Source: an uncultured Gammaproteobacteria bacterium
GTDB taxonomy: Bacteria; Patescibacteriota; Microgenomatia; UBA12405
Direction: 5' to 3'
DNA length: 55,510 bases
NCBI GenBank assembly: GCA_964497945.1
Contig: CAZCFJ010000002.1
Coordinates: 1-55,510, forward strand
A program made the translations under genes and the position numbers. Shown here in pieces: positions 39,071 to 47,534 of this stretch (its first letter is position 1; each line of letters begins with the position of its first letter). The notes under the pieces were generated by a model. That model had not been told where the DNA came from. It made no database searches and worked only from the letters and a program-made list of their open reading frames with translations.

Positions 39071-39321
39071 TGTCCAAAATTTTTACTTGGGTTATCATTA
39101 TTAGTCTGGCTATTCAAATTGGTTTTTCTTTTTTTTATTCCAACGAAATCATTAATCAAAATTATCAACTTGATCAATATCAAACTCAAGTTGATCAACT
39201 TAAATTAAATATTGAATCAGTCGAAAAACAATTATCTAACCTTAGTTCTATAAATAAAATTAGTCAAAGTACCTCTTCAGCCTCCGTTACTATTACTCAA
39301 ACTGTAAAAATTATCAAATAA
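39070..39321 (+). CDS. FtsL-like small bitopic division protein
   Basis: 83 aa with an N-terminal TM and a coiled coil. It occupies the position between rsmH and ftsI. Confidence 0.5.
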   Translation: MSKIFTWVIIISLAIQIGFSFFYSNEIINQNYQLDQYQTQVDQLKLNIESVEKQLSNLSSINKISQSTSSASVTITQTVKIIK

Positions 39322-40973
39322 TGATTCAACGATACCGTTTATTACTCACCTCATTTTTACTCTGTTTTTTTATCATTAGTACTAGATTTTTTTACTGGCA
39401 AATTATCAAAAGTTCCGATCTTAAGGAAAAAGCTATTAGCCAAACATATAAACTCGAAACCAAAAATTCCACCCGCGGTCAAATTTTATCATCAGATGAC
39501 TTTCCTTTAGCCATAAATCAAACTAACTATCAGATTTCAATTTACAAACCAAACCTTAAGGATGATCTAGATTCTCTTTTTCAAAAAATCGAATCTATTC
39601 ATCCTGGGTTTATTACCGAAAATCAAAAAAATCTTGATAACTTTAAAAATAATTCCAAACAACTTTGGATTGATTTACCAACCCTATTCGACATTTCCGA
39701 AAAGAACCAATTTCAGGATATTCCCGGAATTACCACTCGCCAAAATTTAAGTCGTTATTATCCGGAAAATAAACTTGCCAAAGACATTCTTGGGTTTATT
39801 GCCAAAGACGAAGAAGGAACTCAAATTGGTTATGGCGGTCTTGAAAGCTATTACAACAAAAAACTCCAAGGGAAAACCGGATTTAGTTTAGCTCCACAAG
39901 ATGCTACTGGGAAAACCATTCTTACCAAAAAAAGCTGGACCCTTTCTGCCACTGATGGTCAAAATATTCACACCTCTATTAATCGCAGTATTCAATATCA
40001 AGCCGAAAAAATTTTATCAACAGGTATTGAAAAGTATCAAGCCGACTCTGGATCAATTACTATTATGGAAAGTTCTACAGGACAAATTCTTGCCATGACC
40101 AGTCTCATCGCCACTTCATCAGCCACCCCCAGCGCTTCCAAAAACCCGGCCATTGCCGATCTTTTTGAACCTGGATCTATCTTTAAACCAATTATTATGA
40201 GTATGGCCCTTAATCAAAAAGTTATTGACACCAGTTTTATTTGTGAAAAATGTAATTCACCCAGAACTATTGGCGAATACACTATTACCAATTGGGACAA
40301 TGCCACTCATCCCAACGCTACTCTTAAAGACATTATTTTAAATTCTGATAATATCGGCATGAGCTACATTATAACTAAACTAGGTTTAAATAATTTTCTT
40401 AACTATTATCAAAAACTTGGTCTTAATCAAAAAACTGGTATTGATCTCCAAGGTGAAGCCAAACCTACAGTAAAAACTAATTGGCCTGAAATTGATTTAG
40501 CTACCGCTTCTTTCGGACAGGGGATTGTTGTCACTCAAATCAATATGCTTCAAGCCTTCAACGTTATTGCTAACAATGGTCAACTTGTAAAACCCCAAGT
40601 AGCCAAATATTTCACCGACAATTTTGACCGAATATCTTATCCCAAAAAACAAAATTCTTCTCAAGTTTTTTCTCCGGAAATTATTTCCCAAATGAAAGAT
40701 ATTCTTAAATATGCCGTCGAAAATGGTGTTGTTAATCAATTTAGACCTAAAAATTTAGAAGTTTGCGCTAAAAGTGGTACCGCTCAAATAGCCATCAAAG
40801 GCAGTTACACCGATTCATCCACTATTGCCTCATATATCGGCTTTTCCCCTTGTAATAACCCTAAATTCACTATGATTGTTACTATAAATAATCCTAAATC
40901 TTCACCTTGGGGTTCCAGCACTGCTGCCCCAATTTGGTATGAATTAGCCTCAAAAATTGATCATTTGTTATAA
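39321..40973 (+). CDS. ftsI: penicillin-binding protein (class B transpeptidase, FtsI-like)
   Basis: Carries SIFK (SxxK), SDN (SxN) and KSGT (KTG-like), with an N-terminal TM. Confidence 0.85.
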   Translation: MIQRYRLLLTSFLLCFFIISTRFFYWQIIKSSDLKEKAISQTYKLETKNSTRGQILSSDDFPLAINQTNYQISIYKPNLKDDLDSLFQKIESIHPGFITENQKNLDNFKNNSKQLWIDLPTLFDISEKNQFQDIPGITTRQNLSRYYPENKLAKDILGFIAKDEEGTQIGYGGLESYYNKKLQGKTGFSLAPQDATGKTILTKKSWTLSATDGQNIHTSINRSIQYQAEKILSTGIEKYQADSGSITIMESSTGQILAMTSLIATSSATPSASKNPAIADLFEPGSIFKPIIMSMALNQKVIDTSFICEKCNSPRTIGEYTITNWDNATHPNATLKDIILNSDNIGMSYIITKLGLNNFLNYYQKLGLNQKTGIDLQGEAKPTVKTNWPEIDLATASFGQGIVVTQINMLQAFNVIANNGQLVKPQVAKYFTDNFDRISYPKKQNSSQVFSPEIISQMKDILKYAVENGVVNQFRPKNLEVCAKSGTAQIAIKGSYTDSSTIASYIGFSPCNNPKFTMIVTINNPKSSPWGSSTAAPIWYELASKIDHLL

Positions 40974-40986
40974 TTAATCACCTTCA

Positions 40987-42273
40987 ATGCTACAAAAAAT
41001 AAAGAATTTGTTCTTTCATTTACCAAAAAGTATTTTTTATCAAGCCTACTATCATTTTCCCACCAAAAAACTTACTCTTATTGGTATTACTGGAACTGAT
41101 GGAAAAACTACTACTGCTACATTGGTCTATGAAACCCTAAAAAAAGCTGGCATTAATGCTGGTGTTATTACTACTATTAGTGCCAAATACGACGACCATG
41201 AAATTGACACTGGACTTCATATGACCAGTCCTGACCCTTCCGTTATTCAAAAAATATTTAAAACTATGGTTGACGCCGGGATAACTCATGTAGTTTGTGA
41301 AGTCACTGCTCATGCTCTTGATCAATATCGATTTGCTGGTTGTCATTTTGCTGTTTCTGTTATTACTAATACCTCTCATGAACACCTCGATTATTTTAAA
41401 AACATGGACCAATATATTCAAACCAAAGCTAAAATTTTTGATCAATCTGAAATTTGTATTCTTAACAAAGACGATCCATCATACGAAAAAATTATCAAAA
41501 CTTTCCCCAAAAAATTTTTAAGTTACAGTGTCGACAAAAAATCAGATTATCAAGCCACCAACATTATCATTAAATCAAATTCATTATCTTTCAATATTAA
41601 AAATAATTCTATTTTTACTGACAGTCCTTACCGTTACCAAATTTATAATATTCTCACCGCCTTTTCTATTATGGATCAGCTCCAAATTGATCAAAATTTT
41701 TTAATTGAAACTGTCAAAAATTTTCCTCTCACCAAAGGTCGTCGTGAAGAAGTTCCCAACCAGTTAGACATCAAAGCTATAGTTGATTTTGCTCACACCC
41801 CTAACGCTATTAAAAATACATTATCTTCACTTAAAGAAACCAATTCCGGCAAAATCATTGCTATTTTTGGCGCTACCGGTGGTCGTGATCAAAGCAAACG
41901 CCCTCAAATGGGATTAGTCGTCTCTCAATTAGCCGATATTGCCATTATTACTTCAGATGATACCCGCGACGAAGATATTCAAGACATCAATAAACAAATT
42001 ATCAGCGGCATCAAACCAGACTCTGTTTTAGTCGATACTACTGATTTTTCAGAAATTAAAAAAATTATTAAATCCAACAAAAACAAATTTATTTATTTCA
42101 ATATCCCCAACCGACAAGATGCTTTTAATCTAGCCATTCAATTATCACAACCAAAAGATACTATTATTGCTATGGGTAAAGGTCACGAGACCACCATTCT
42201 CCATGGCAAAACGGAATTTCCCTGGTCAGAAACCGAGGCTTTTCGTTCTGCTTTTAAACTCAAACAAAATTAA
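40987..42273 (+). CDS. murE: MurE-like Mur ligase lacking the N-terminal (UDP-binding) domain
   Basis: The P-loop GITGTDGKTTTA starts at about residue 33. Other matches are HVVCEVTAHALDQYR, TNTSHEHLDYF and ITSDDTRDED, which aligns to the MurE DNPR region. 428 aa. Confidence 0.7.
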   Translation: MLQKIKNLFFHLPKSIFYQAYYHFPTKKLTLIGITGTDGKTTTATLVYETLKKAGINAGVITTISAKYDDHEIDTGLHMTSPDPSVIQKIFKTMVDAGITHVVCEVTAHALDQYRFAGCHFAVSVITNTSHEHLDYFKNMDQYIQTKAKIFDQSEICILNKDDPSYEKIIKTFPKKFLSYSVDKKSDYQATNIIIKSNSLSFNIKNNSIFTDSPYRYQIYNILTAFSIMDQLQIDQNFLIETVKNFPLTKGRREEVPNQLDIKAIVDFAHTPNAIKNTLSSLKETNSGKIIAIFGATGGRDQSKRPQMGLVVSQLADIAIITSDDTRDEDIQDINKQIISGIKPDSVLVDTTDFSEIKKIIKSNKNKFIYFNIPNRQDAFNLAIQLSQPKDTIIAMGKGHETTILHGKTEFPWSETEAFRSAFKLKQN

Positions 42274-42274
42274 T

Positions 42275-42874
42275 ATGACTCAATTTAATATTCAAAATCA
42301 ACTTTCGCCGGCAGAAAATTATCAATCAGGCCTTTTACCCCAACGCAACCAAATTAATTTTTGGTATCAAGATTCTAGTAGCCGTTCGAACCTATCCAAT
42401 TTTCAATTAAGTTCAGAAAATCGCCGGATTATTAACAAAACTCAGGAATTTACTTATCAACTTATTTCTCTAAAAGATTTTAATTACACTCCAAAAGTTC
42501 AGAAACAAATTTTTTCCTGGCTCAAACTGTTAGGATGGGATTTCCCCGTTAGTTCAGTTAAAACAATATTCACTAACCATATTTTTAATTATCTTTATAT
42601 TTGGAAAGATCAACAACAAAATACCGTTGCTTATTCAATCTGCTATTTTTCTAAAGAAATAAGTCATATCGCTTATGTTTTTTATGATCCCCAATATAGC
42701 CATGGTAATTTACCTATCAGATTAGTTCTTCAAACAGTTTCTGATAGTCATGATAGGGGATTAAAATATTGTTACCTTGGCCGTTTTTCTTCAGAAACTG
42801 GTTTTTACAAACGCAATATGCCCGGTTTTGAATATTTCGATTCTAAAAATAAACAATGGATTAAGTATCTTTAA
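42275..42874 (+). CDS. ATE_C/Bpt-like (arginyl/leucyl-tRNA--protein transferase C-terminal domain) homologue
   Basis: The start is set at ATG 42275. SSENRRIINK resembles SKNQRR. ISHIAYVFYDPQYSHGNLPIRLVLQ and GLKYCYLGRFSSETGFYKRNMPGFEYF resemble the SAVYTFFDP and YxYLGYW...KMxYKxxFxPxE blocks of the Bpt/ATE1 C-terminal domain. Confidence 0.55.
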   Translation: MTQFNIQNQLSPAENYQSGLLPQRNQINFWYQDSSSRSNLSNFQLSSENRRIINKTQEFTYQLISLKDFNYTPKVQKQIFSWLKLLGWDFPVSSVKTIFTNHIFNYLYIWKDQQQNTVAYSICYFSKEISHIAYVFYDPQYSHGNLPIRLVLQTVSDSHDRGLKYCYLGRFSSETGFYKRNMPGFEYFDSKNKQWIKYL

Positions 42875-42935
42875 TTCTAATTTAAAATTTAATATTCAGA
42901 TTTGATTAAAAATTAAAAATTTCAAATTAAAAATT

Positions 42936-42973
42936 CTTTTACTTTAAACTTTCAACTTTATACTTTCAACTAA
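42936..42973 (+). repeat. ACTTT-octamer array upstream of the start codon
   Basis: CTTTTACTTTAAACTTTCAACTTTATACTTTCAACTAA. Confidence 0.75.
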
Positions 42974-42976
42974 TTT

Positions 42977-44353
42977 ATGAATATTCATATTCTCGGTATT
43001 GCTGGCAGTATGACTGCCAATTTGGCTGTAGCTCTCAAAAAATTAGGCAACATTGTCACTGGTTCTGATCAGGAAAAAATTTTCCCTCCAGTCAGCACTA
43101 CTCTCAAAAAAGCCAATATTTCAATCAATTCAACTACTATCAATAAAAGTATTGATTTGGCCATTATTGGTTCTTCATATGGTTCTTTTGATAAAACTAA
43201 AGAAGAGTTTGAACAAATTAAAAAATTAAAAATTCCTTATATTTCCGCTACCGAATACATCGCTCAAAATTTAGTCAAATCAAATTCAGTTGTTGTTGCT
43301 GGCAGTTTTGGCAAAACCACTATCACTAGCCTAATTAGTTGGATTTTTTCTCAATCTAACAAAAAACCTAGTTTTATGTTTGGCGGTAACCCAAAAAACA
43401 AATTCGACTCTTTTAAGTTTTCTAATTCCAATTGGTCAATTGTTGAAGGTGATGAATCCATCCATGGTCTCGATAAACAAGCCAAATTTTTATATTATCG
43501 ACCCAAATATTTAATTATCACCAGTGCCGATTGGGAACATAAAGATTGTTATCCAAATGAAAAATCTAATTTTGATGCCTTCAAAAAATTAGTCCAACAA
43601 TTGCCTTCAGATGGAATTTTAATTCTCAATAGCCAAAGCCAAACTTCCCTAAAATTAGCCAAATATTCTCCCTGCCAAGTTATTACATATAATTCTCCCA
43701 ATTCCAATTATTTCATTGAAAATATCAATCGCCAAAACGAAATCACCAACCTCTTAATTCACACTCCAAACGGATTAATAAAAACTACTACTAGTCTTAT
43801 CGGTCAATTCAATTTTGAAAATATTTTAGCTGCTTTTAGCCTTTGTGACAGTTTAAATCTAAGCCATTATTCTATTTCTAAATCAATTATGTCTTATAAG
43901 GGTGTTAAACGACGTTTAGAATTAATTGACAAACGAAATAATATTCTTTTCTTTGATGACTTTGCTCAATCCAATCAAAGAATTATATCGGCATTATCGG
44001 CATTAAAACAGCATTTCCCTAATAAAAACATAAAAGTATTATTCCAACCTCACGCCTCATTTAGTCAATACAAAAACAGTCTTTGTGAACTCAAAAATTC
44101 TTTTGATTTAGCTAACGAAATCGTTCTCACCCAATTAAAATTCAACCCTAGTATTAGCAAAAAAGATCGTAATACTGCCAAAGATTTTCGCAATTGTCTT
44201 GGTTCAAAACTCATTTATCTCCCTCTCAAAAAGCAAATAATAAAGTATTATAAAGATAGTCTGATGCCAAATGATATTTTAATTTATATGAGTTCTGGTG
44301 GTCTTGAAGGTAATCGTATCTTCAAATCTATTATCAACAGTTTCAAAAAATAA
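42977..44353 (+). CDS. Mur ligase of the MurC/Mpl family, with an Mpl-like N-terminus
   Basis: IHILGIAGSMTANLAVALKKLGNIVTGSDQEKIFPPVSTTL matches the Mpl pattern IHILGICG...VTGSDxxxYPPMSTxL. Also present are IPYISATEY and VVAGSFGKTT. Confidence 0.7.
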   Translation: MNIHILGIAGSMTANLAVALKKLGNIVTGSDQEKIFPPVSTTLKKANISINSTTINKSIDLAIIGSSYGSFDKTKEEFEQIKKLKIPYISATEYIAQNLVKSNSVVVAGSFGKTTITSLISWIFSQSNKKPSFMFGGNPKNKFDSFKFSNSNWSIVEGDESIHGLDKQAKFLYYRPKYLIITSADWEHKDCYPNEKSNFDAFKKLVQQLPSDGILILNSQSQTSLKLAKYSPCQVITYNSPNSNYFIENINRQNEITNLLIHTPNGLIKTTTSLIGQFNFENILAAFSLCDSLNLSHYSISKSIMSYKGVKRRLELIDKRNNILFFDDFAQSNQRIISALSALKQHFPNKNIKVLFQPHASFSQYKNSLCELKNSFDLANEIVLTQLKFNPSISKKDRNTAKDFRNCLGSKLIYLPLKKQIIKYYKDSLMPNDILIYMSSGGLEGNRIFKSIINSFKK

Positions 44354-44360
44354 TTTTATG

Positions 44361-44418
44361 TACTTTCAACTTTCTACTTTATACTTTTCACTTTATAACT
44401 TTATAACTTTTAACTAAC
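44361..44418 (+). repeat. ACTTT-octamer array upstream of the murA start codon
   Basis: TACTTTCAACTTTCTACTTTATACTTTTCACTTTATAACTTTATAACTTTTAACTAAC. Confidence 0.8.
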
Positions 44419-44420
44419 TC

Positions 44421-45749
44421 ATGTCTCGATATATTATTACTGGTGGTAATCAACTTCATGGCGAAGTTTCTATTCGCGGTGCCAAAAATGCTAGCTACAA
44501 ACAAATCATTGCCGCTCTTTTAAGTGACCAAACCACCCAATTAACCAATGTTCCCAAAATTTCTGACGTCAAAATCACCGAAAGTATTGCCAAAAGTGTT
44601 GGCGCTAACATTGAATATTGTGGCGAACATTGTTTAGAAATTAGTGCCAAAAAAATTACCAATTCTACTGTTCCTATTGGTACTGGCGAAAAATCGCGCA
44701 CTTCATTTATGTTTTCTGCCCCTCTTTTAGTTCGTACTGGTGACGCTATTGTCCCTATTCCTGGTGGCGACAAATTAGGTATCAGACCTCTTGATCGTCT
44801 CTTTGATTGTTTCCAACAAATGGGGATTTCTACTGAAATTTCTGACAACCAAATTAAATTTCACACCAACAAAATTAAACCAGTTCATTATGTTTTTAAT
44901 AAGCCTAGTCATACCGTTACTGAAACTATTCTTATGACTGCCGCTTTCGCCGATGGTCAAACTGTTTTAGATAATGCCGCTCAAGAACCAGAAATTGACG
45001 ATCTTATACTTATGCTCAACAGTATGGGTGCCAAAATTATTCGTAATCCCCAAGACCAGAAACAAATTATTATTGATGGCATCAACTCACTCAATGGCAC
45101 TCATCATCAAGTAATTTGTGACCGTAATGAAATCGTTACTTTTGCTTGTGCTGCTTTGGCTACCAAGGGTTCAATTAATATTTTAAGAAGTGACTCTAAA
45201 ACAGTTCAAACGTTTTTAGATACTATCGAAAAAATGGGAGCTAAAGTTGTTCCAGGTAAAGATGAAATTACCATTTCTTGGATTCAACCATTAAAAAATA
45301 TTGATATTGTTACCGGACCAGAACCAGAATTTATGACCGACTGGCAGGCAATTTTCTCTGTCTTATTAACCCAAACAGTTGGTTGTAGTTCCATTATCGA
45401 AAGGGTTTATCCTTCACGTTTTCAACACATTGAAAATCTCCAAAAAATGGGTGTTAAAGCTGTTTTGTTTAACCCAGAAATTGATAATCCGGAAACCTTT
45501 TATCAATTTAATCCAGAAAGTGACCGACCAGAATTTTTCCATGGCGTAAAAATCTACGGACCAACAAAATTAAAACCAGCTAATTTCACCATTAATGATC
45601 TTCGTGCTGGTGCTTCGACTACTTTGGCTGCTCTTACTGCTGAAGGCATCTCAATTATTGATGGAGTTGAATTTATTGAAAGAGGTTACGAAAAGCTAGC
45701 CGAAAGACTTTGCTATTTAGGTGCTAACATAGAATATATAAAAACCTAA
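44421..45749 (+). CDS. murA: UDP-N-acetylglucosamine 1-carboxyvinyltransferase (Asp variant at the catalytic Cys position)
   Basis: Contains IRGAKNA and IPGGDKLGIRPLD, where canonical MurA has GGC. 442 aa. Confidence 0.95.
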   Translation: MSRYIITGGNQLHGEVSIRGAKNASYKQIIAALLSDQTTQLTNVPKISDVKITESIAKSVGANIEYCGEHCLEISAKKITNSTVPIGTGEKSRTSFMFSAPLLVRTGDAIVPIPGGDKLGIRPLDRLFDCFQQMGISTEISDNQIKFHTNKIKPVHYVFNKPSHTVTETILMTAAFADGQTVLDNAAQEPEIDDLILMLNSMGAKIIRNPQDQKQIIIDGINSLNGTHHQVICDRNEIVTFACAALATKGSINILRSDSKTVQTFLDTIEKMGAKVVPGKDEITISWIQPLKNIDIVTGPEPEFMTDWQAIFSVLLTQTVGCSSIIERVYPSRFQHIENLQKMGVKAVLFNPEIDNPETFYQFNPESDRPEFFHGVKIYGPTKLKPANFTINDLRAGASTTLAALTAEGISIIDGVEFIERGYEKLAERLCYLGANIEYIKT

Positions 45750-45753
45750 AATT

Positions 45754-46788
45754 ATGATTCACCTTTATCTTGGCTTATTACTTTTTTCCTTTCTTATTAC
45801 GAGTCTTTTAGTTGTTCCCTTTATTAATCTACTATATAAGCTCAAATTCCAGCGTCAGAGACAAAACACTACTGACTTTCAGAACAAAAAAACCCCTATT
45901 TTCGACAAATTTCACAATATTAAAACCGGCACCCCGGTTGGTGGAGGACTTTTAATTATTCTTTCTGTCTGTATTCTTTTTTTAATTCTTTTCCCAGCTA
46001 TAAAAATTTCCAACATTTTTATTTCCACTAATTATCAAATTGTTCACGAGTTAGGTATTGTCTTTTTCACCTTCATTAGTTTTGGACTTCTTGGCTTATA
46101 CGACGATATTTACAAGTTTTTTGGTTTTAAACGCACTGGTTTTTTTGGCCTCAAAATGATTCATAAACTCATCCTTCAATTAATTCTTTCTGTCATAATT
46201 TCTTGTTTAATTTATTTCACCCTCAAAGTTGATTTTATTTATATTCCGTTTCTTGGTGCTATTCATTTAGGCTGGCTTTTTATTCCCATTTCTACCATCA
46301 TAATCACCGGCTTCGCCAACTTTTTTAATATCACTGATGGTCTTGATGGTTTATCATGTGGACTTTTAATGATTGCCTTATTTGCCTTTTGGTTTTTATC
46401 CAGCAGTTCCCTTGATACCCCCATATCGATGTTCCTTTGTTTATGGATTGGTAGTCTAATTGCTTTTCTTTATTTCAATGTTTATCCGGCGCGTATCTGG
46501 TTAGGAGACGTTGGAGCTTTATCTTTTGGAGCCACATTTGCCGTTATTGCCTTAATATTAGGTAAAATTGTTCCATTAATTATCGTCGGGTCACCTTTCA
46601 TTATTGAAGGTTTAAGTAGTGCTATTCAAATTTTTAGCAAAAAGTATTTTGGCAAAAAAGTTTTCCCTGCCGCTCCATTCCACCTCACCCTTCAAAGCAT
46701 TGGTTGGGAAGAACCTAAAATTGTCACTCGTGCTTGGCTGGCTGGAATTATTTTAGCTATTTTCGGACTATGGTTAGGACTAAATTAG
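45754..46788 (+). CDS. mraY: phospho-N-acetylmuramoyl-pentapeptide transferase
   Basis: Contains FFNITDGLDGLSCGL and YPARIWLGDVGALSFGA. About 10 TM segments. Confidence 0.9.
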   Translation: MIHLYLGLLLFSFLITSLLVVPFINLLYKLKFQRQRQNTTDFQNKKTPIFDKFHNIKTGTPVGGGLLIILSVCILFLILFPAIKISNIFISTNYQIVHELGIVFFTFISFGLLGLYDDIYKFFGFKRTGFFGLKMIHKLILQLILSVIISCLIYFTLKVDFIYIPFLGAIHLGWLFIPISTIIITGFANFFNITDGLDGLSCGLLMIALFAFWFLSSSSLDTPISMFLCLWIGSLIAFLYFNVYPARIWLGDVGALSFGATFAVIALILGKIVPLIIVGSPFIIEGLSSAIQIFSKKYFGKKVFPAAPFHLTLQSIGWEEPKIVTRAWLAGIILAIFGLWLGLN

Positions 46789-47345
46789 ATCAACTCAAAC
46801 AGGAAATCGAACATTATATCGATCTCCCATATATGATCAATATTATTCGTGATGGAAAAATAATCAAGCCACGTTTTATGGGTGCCAAAGGTCACTGGAA
46901 AGATATTGATAAAGAAACTAAACGCCTAGCCAAAGAAAATCACATTGATCTGAAAAAACTTTCCTCACAACGTTTATACAACTTTCAAAAAAAACATAAA
47001 ATCGGCATTGACTGCTCTGGATTAGCTTCTCAATTATTAATTTACTACGGTAAATTATCGGGCAAAAAAATAACCATTAATCCTCGCCACACTTCAGCTG
47101 AGATGCTTACTTCAGAGCCTTTATCCACCAAAATTGACGATCCTGATAATATCCGAACCGGTGATCTTATCCGTCAAAAAAATGGTCACCATGTATTATT
47201 TATCATCGAAAAGAAAGGTAAAACAATTGATTATGTCGACAGTTCTTTCTGGGGTAGAGGAGTCAAATACGGTCAAGTTGATCTAGCTGACCCAATGTTC
47301 GATAATCAGGGAATTTACCGTCTTAAATTACTTTTCCTCAATTAA
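46770..47345 (+). CDS. NlpC/P60 (C40) family protein without a signal peptide
   Basis: The start is set at ATG 46770, a 19-nt overlap with mraY. The catalytic Cys motif is KIGIDCSGLASQLL and the His motif is GDLIRQKNGHHVLF. The N-terminus is hydrophilic. Confidence 0.6.
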   Translation: MVRTKLDQLKQEIEHYIDLPYMINIIRDGKIIKPRFMGAKGHWKDIDKETKRLAKENHIDLKKLSSQRLYNFQKKHKIGIDCSGLASQLLIYYGKLSGKKITINPRHTSAEMLTSEPLSTKIDDPDNIRTGDLIRQKNGHHVLFIIEKKGKTIDYVDSSFWGRGVKYGQVDLADPMFDNQGIYRLKLLFLN

Positions 47346-47492
47346 TTCCCGGTATTCCAAAGGATCAATTGATAGAATTTCTACTTCAGTTCCACACTCC
47401 CCACATTCCAAAATATCGCCAATCATCATCCCTTCGGTTGGTTTAATTTCAGAACTACAATCAGGACAAATAATATTAGTTGTTTGTGTCAT
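47328..47492 (-). CDS. LysW-like zinc-ribbon protein (amino-group carrier protein family-like), 54 aa
   Basis: My own translation is MTQTTNIICPDCSSEIKPTEGMMIGDILECGECGTEVEILSIDPLEYRELIEEK. It matches the LysW pattern CPxC-N16/17-CxxCGxExEvxxxDPL with an acidic tail. It is not in the ORF track because it is under 60 aa. Confidence 0.6.
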   Translation of the reverse strand: MTQTTNIICPDCSSEIKPTEGMMIGDILECGECGTEVEILSIDPLEYRELIEEK

Positions 47493-47534
47493 AAGGCTAA
47501 AGAATATATAATTAAGCTTAAGTTAACCCATTAT

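Noticed and set aside
40987-42273. The N-terminally short Mur ligase considered as MurT, CapB/PgsB or FolC instead of MurE
   Set aside because: It lacks the Cys-rich insertion of MurT and the FolC-type P-loop. It retains MurE-like HALDQYR, HEHLDYF and a TSDDTRDED block aligned to the DNPR region, and it sits in the murE position.
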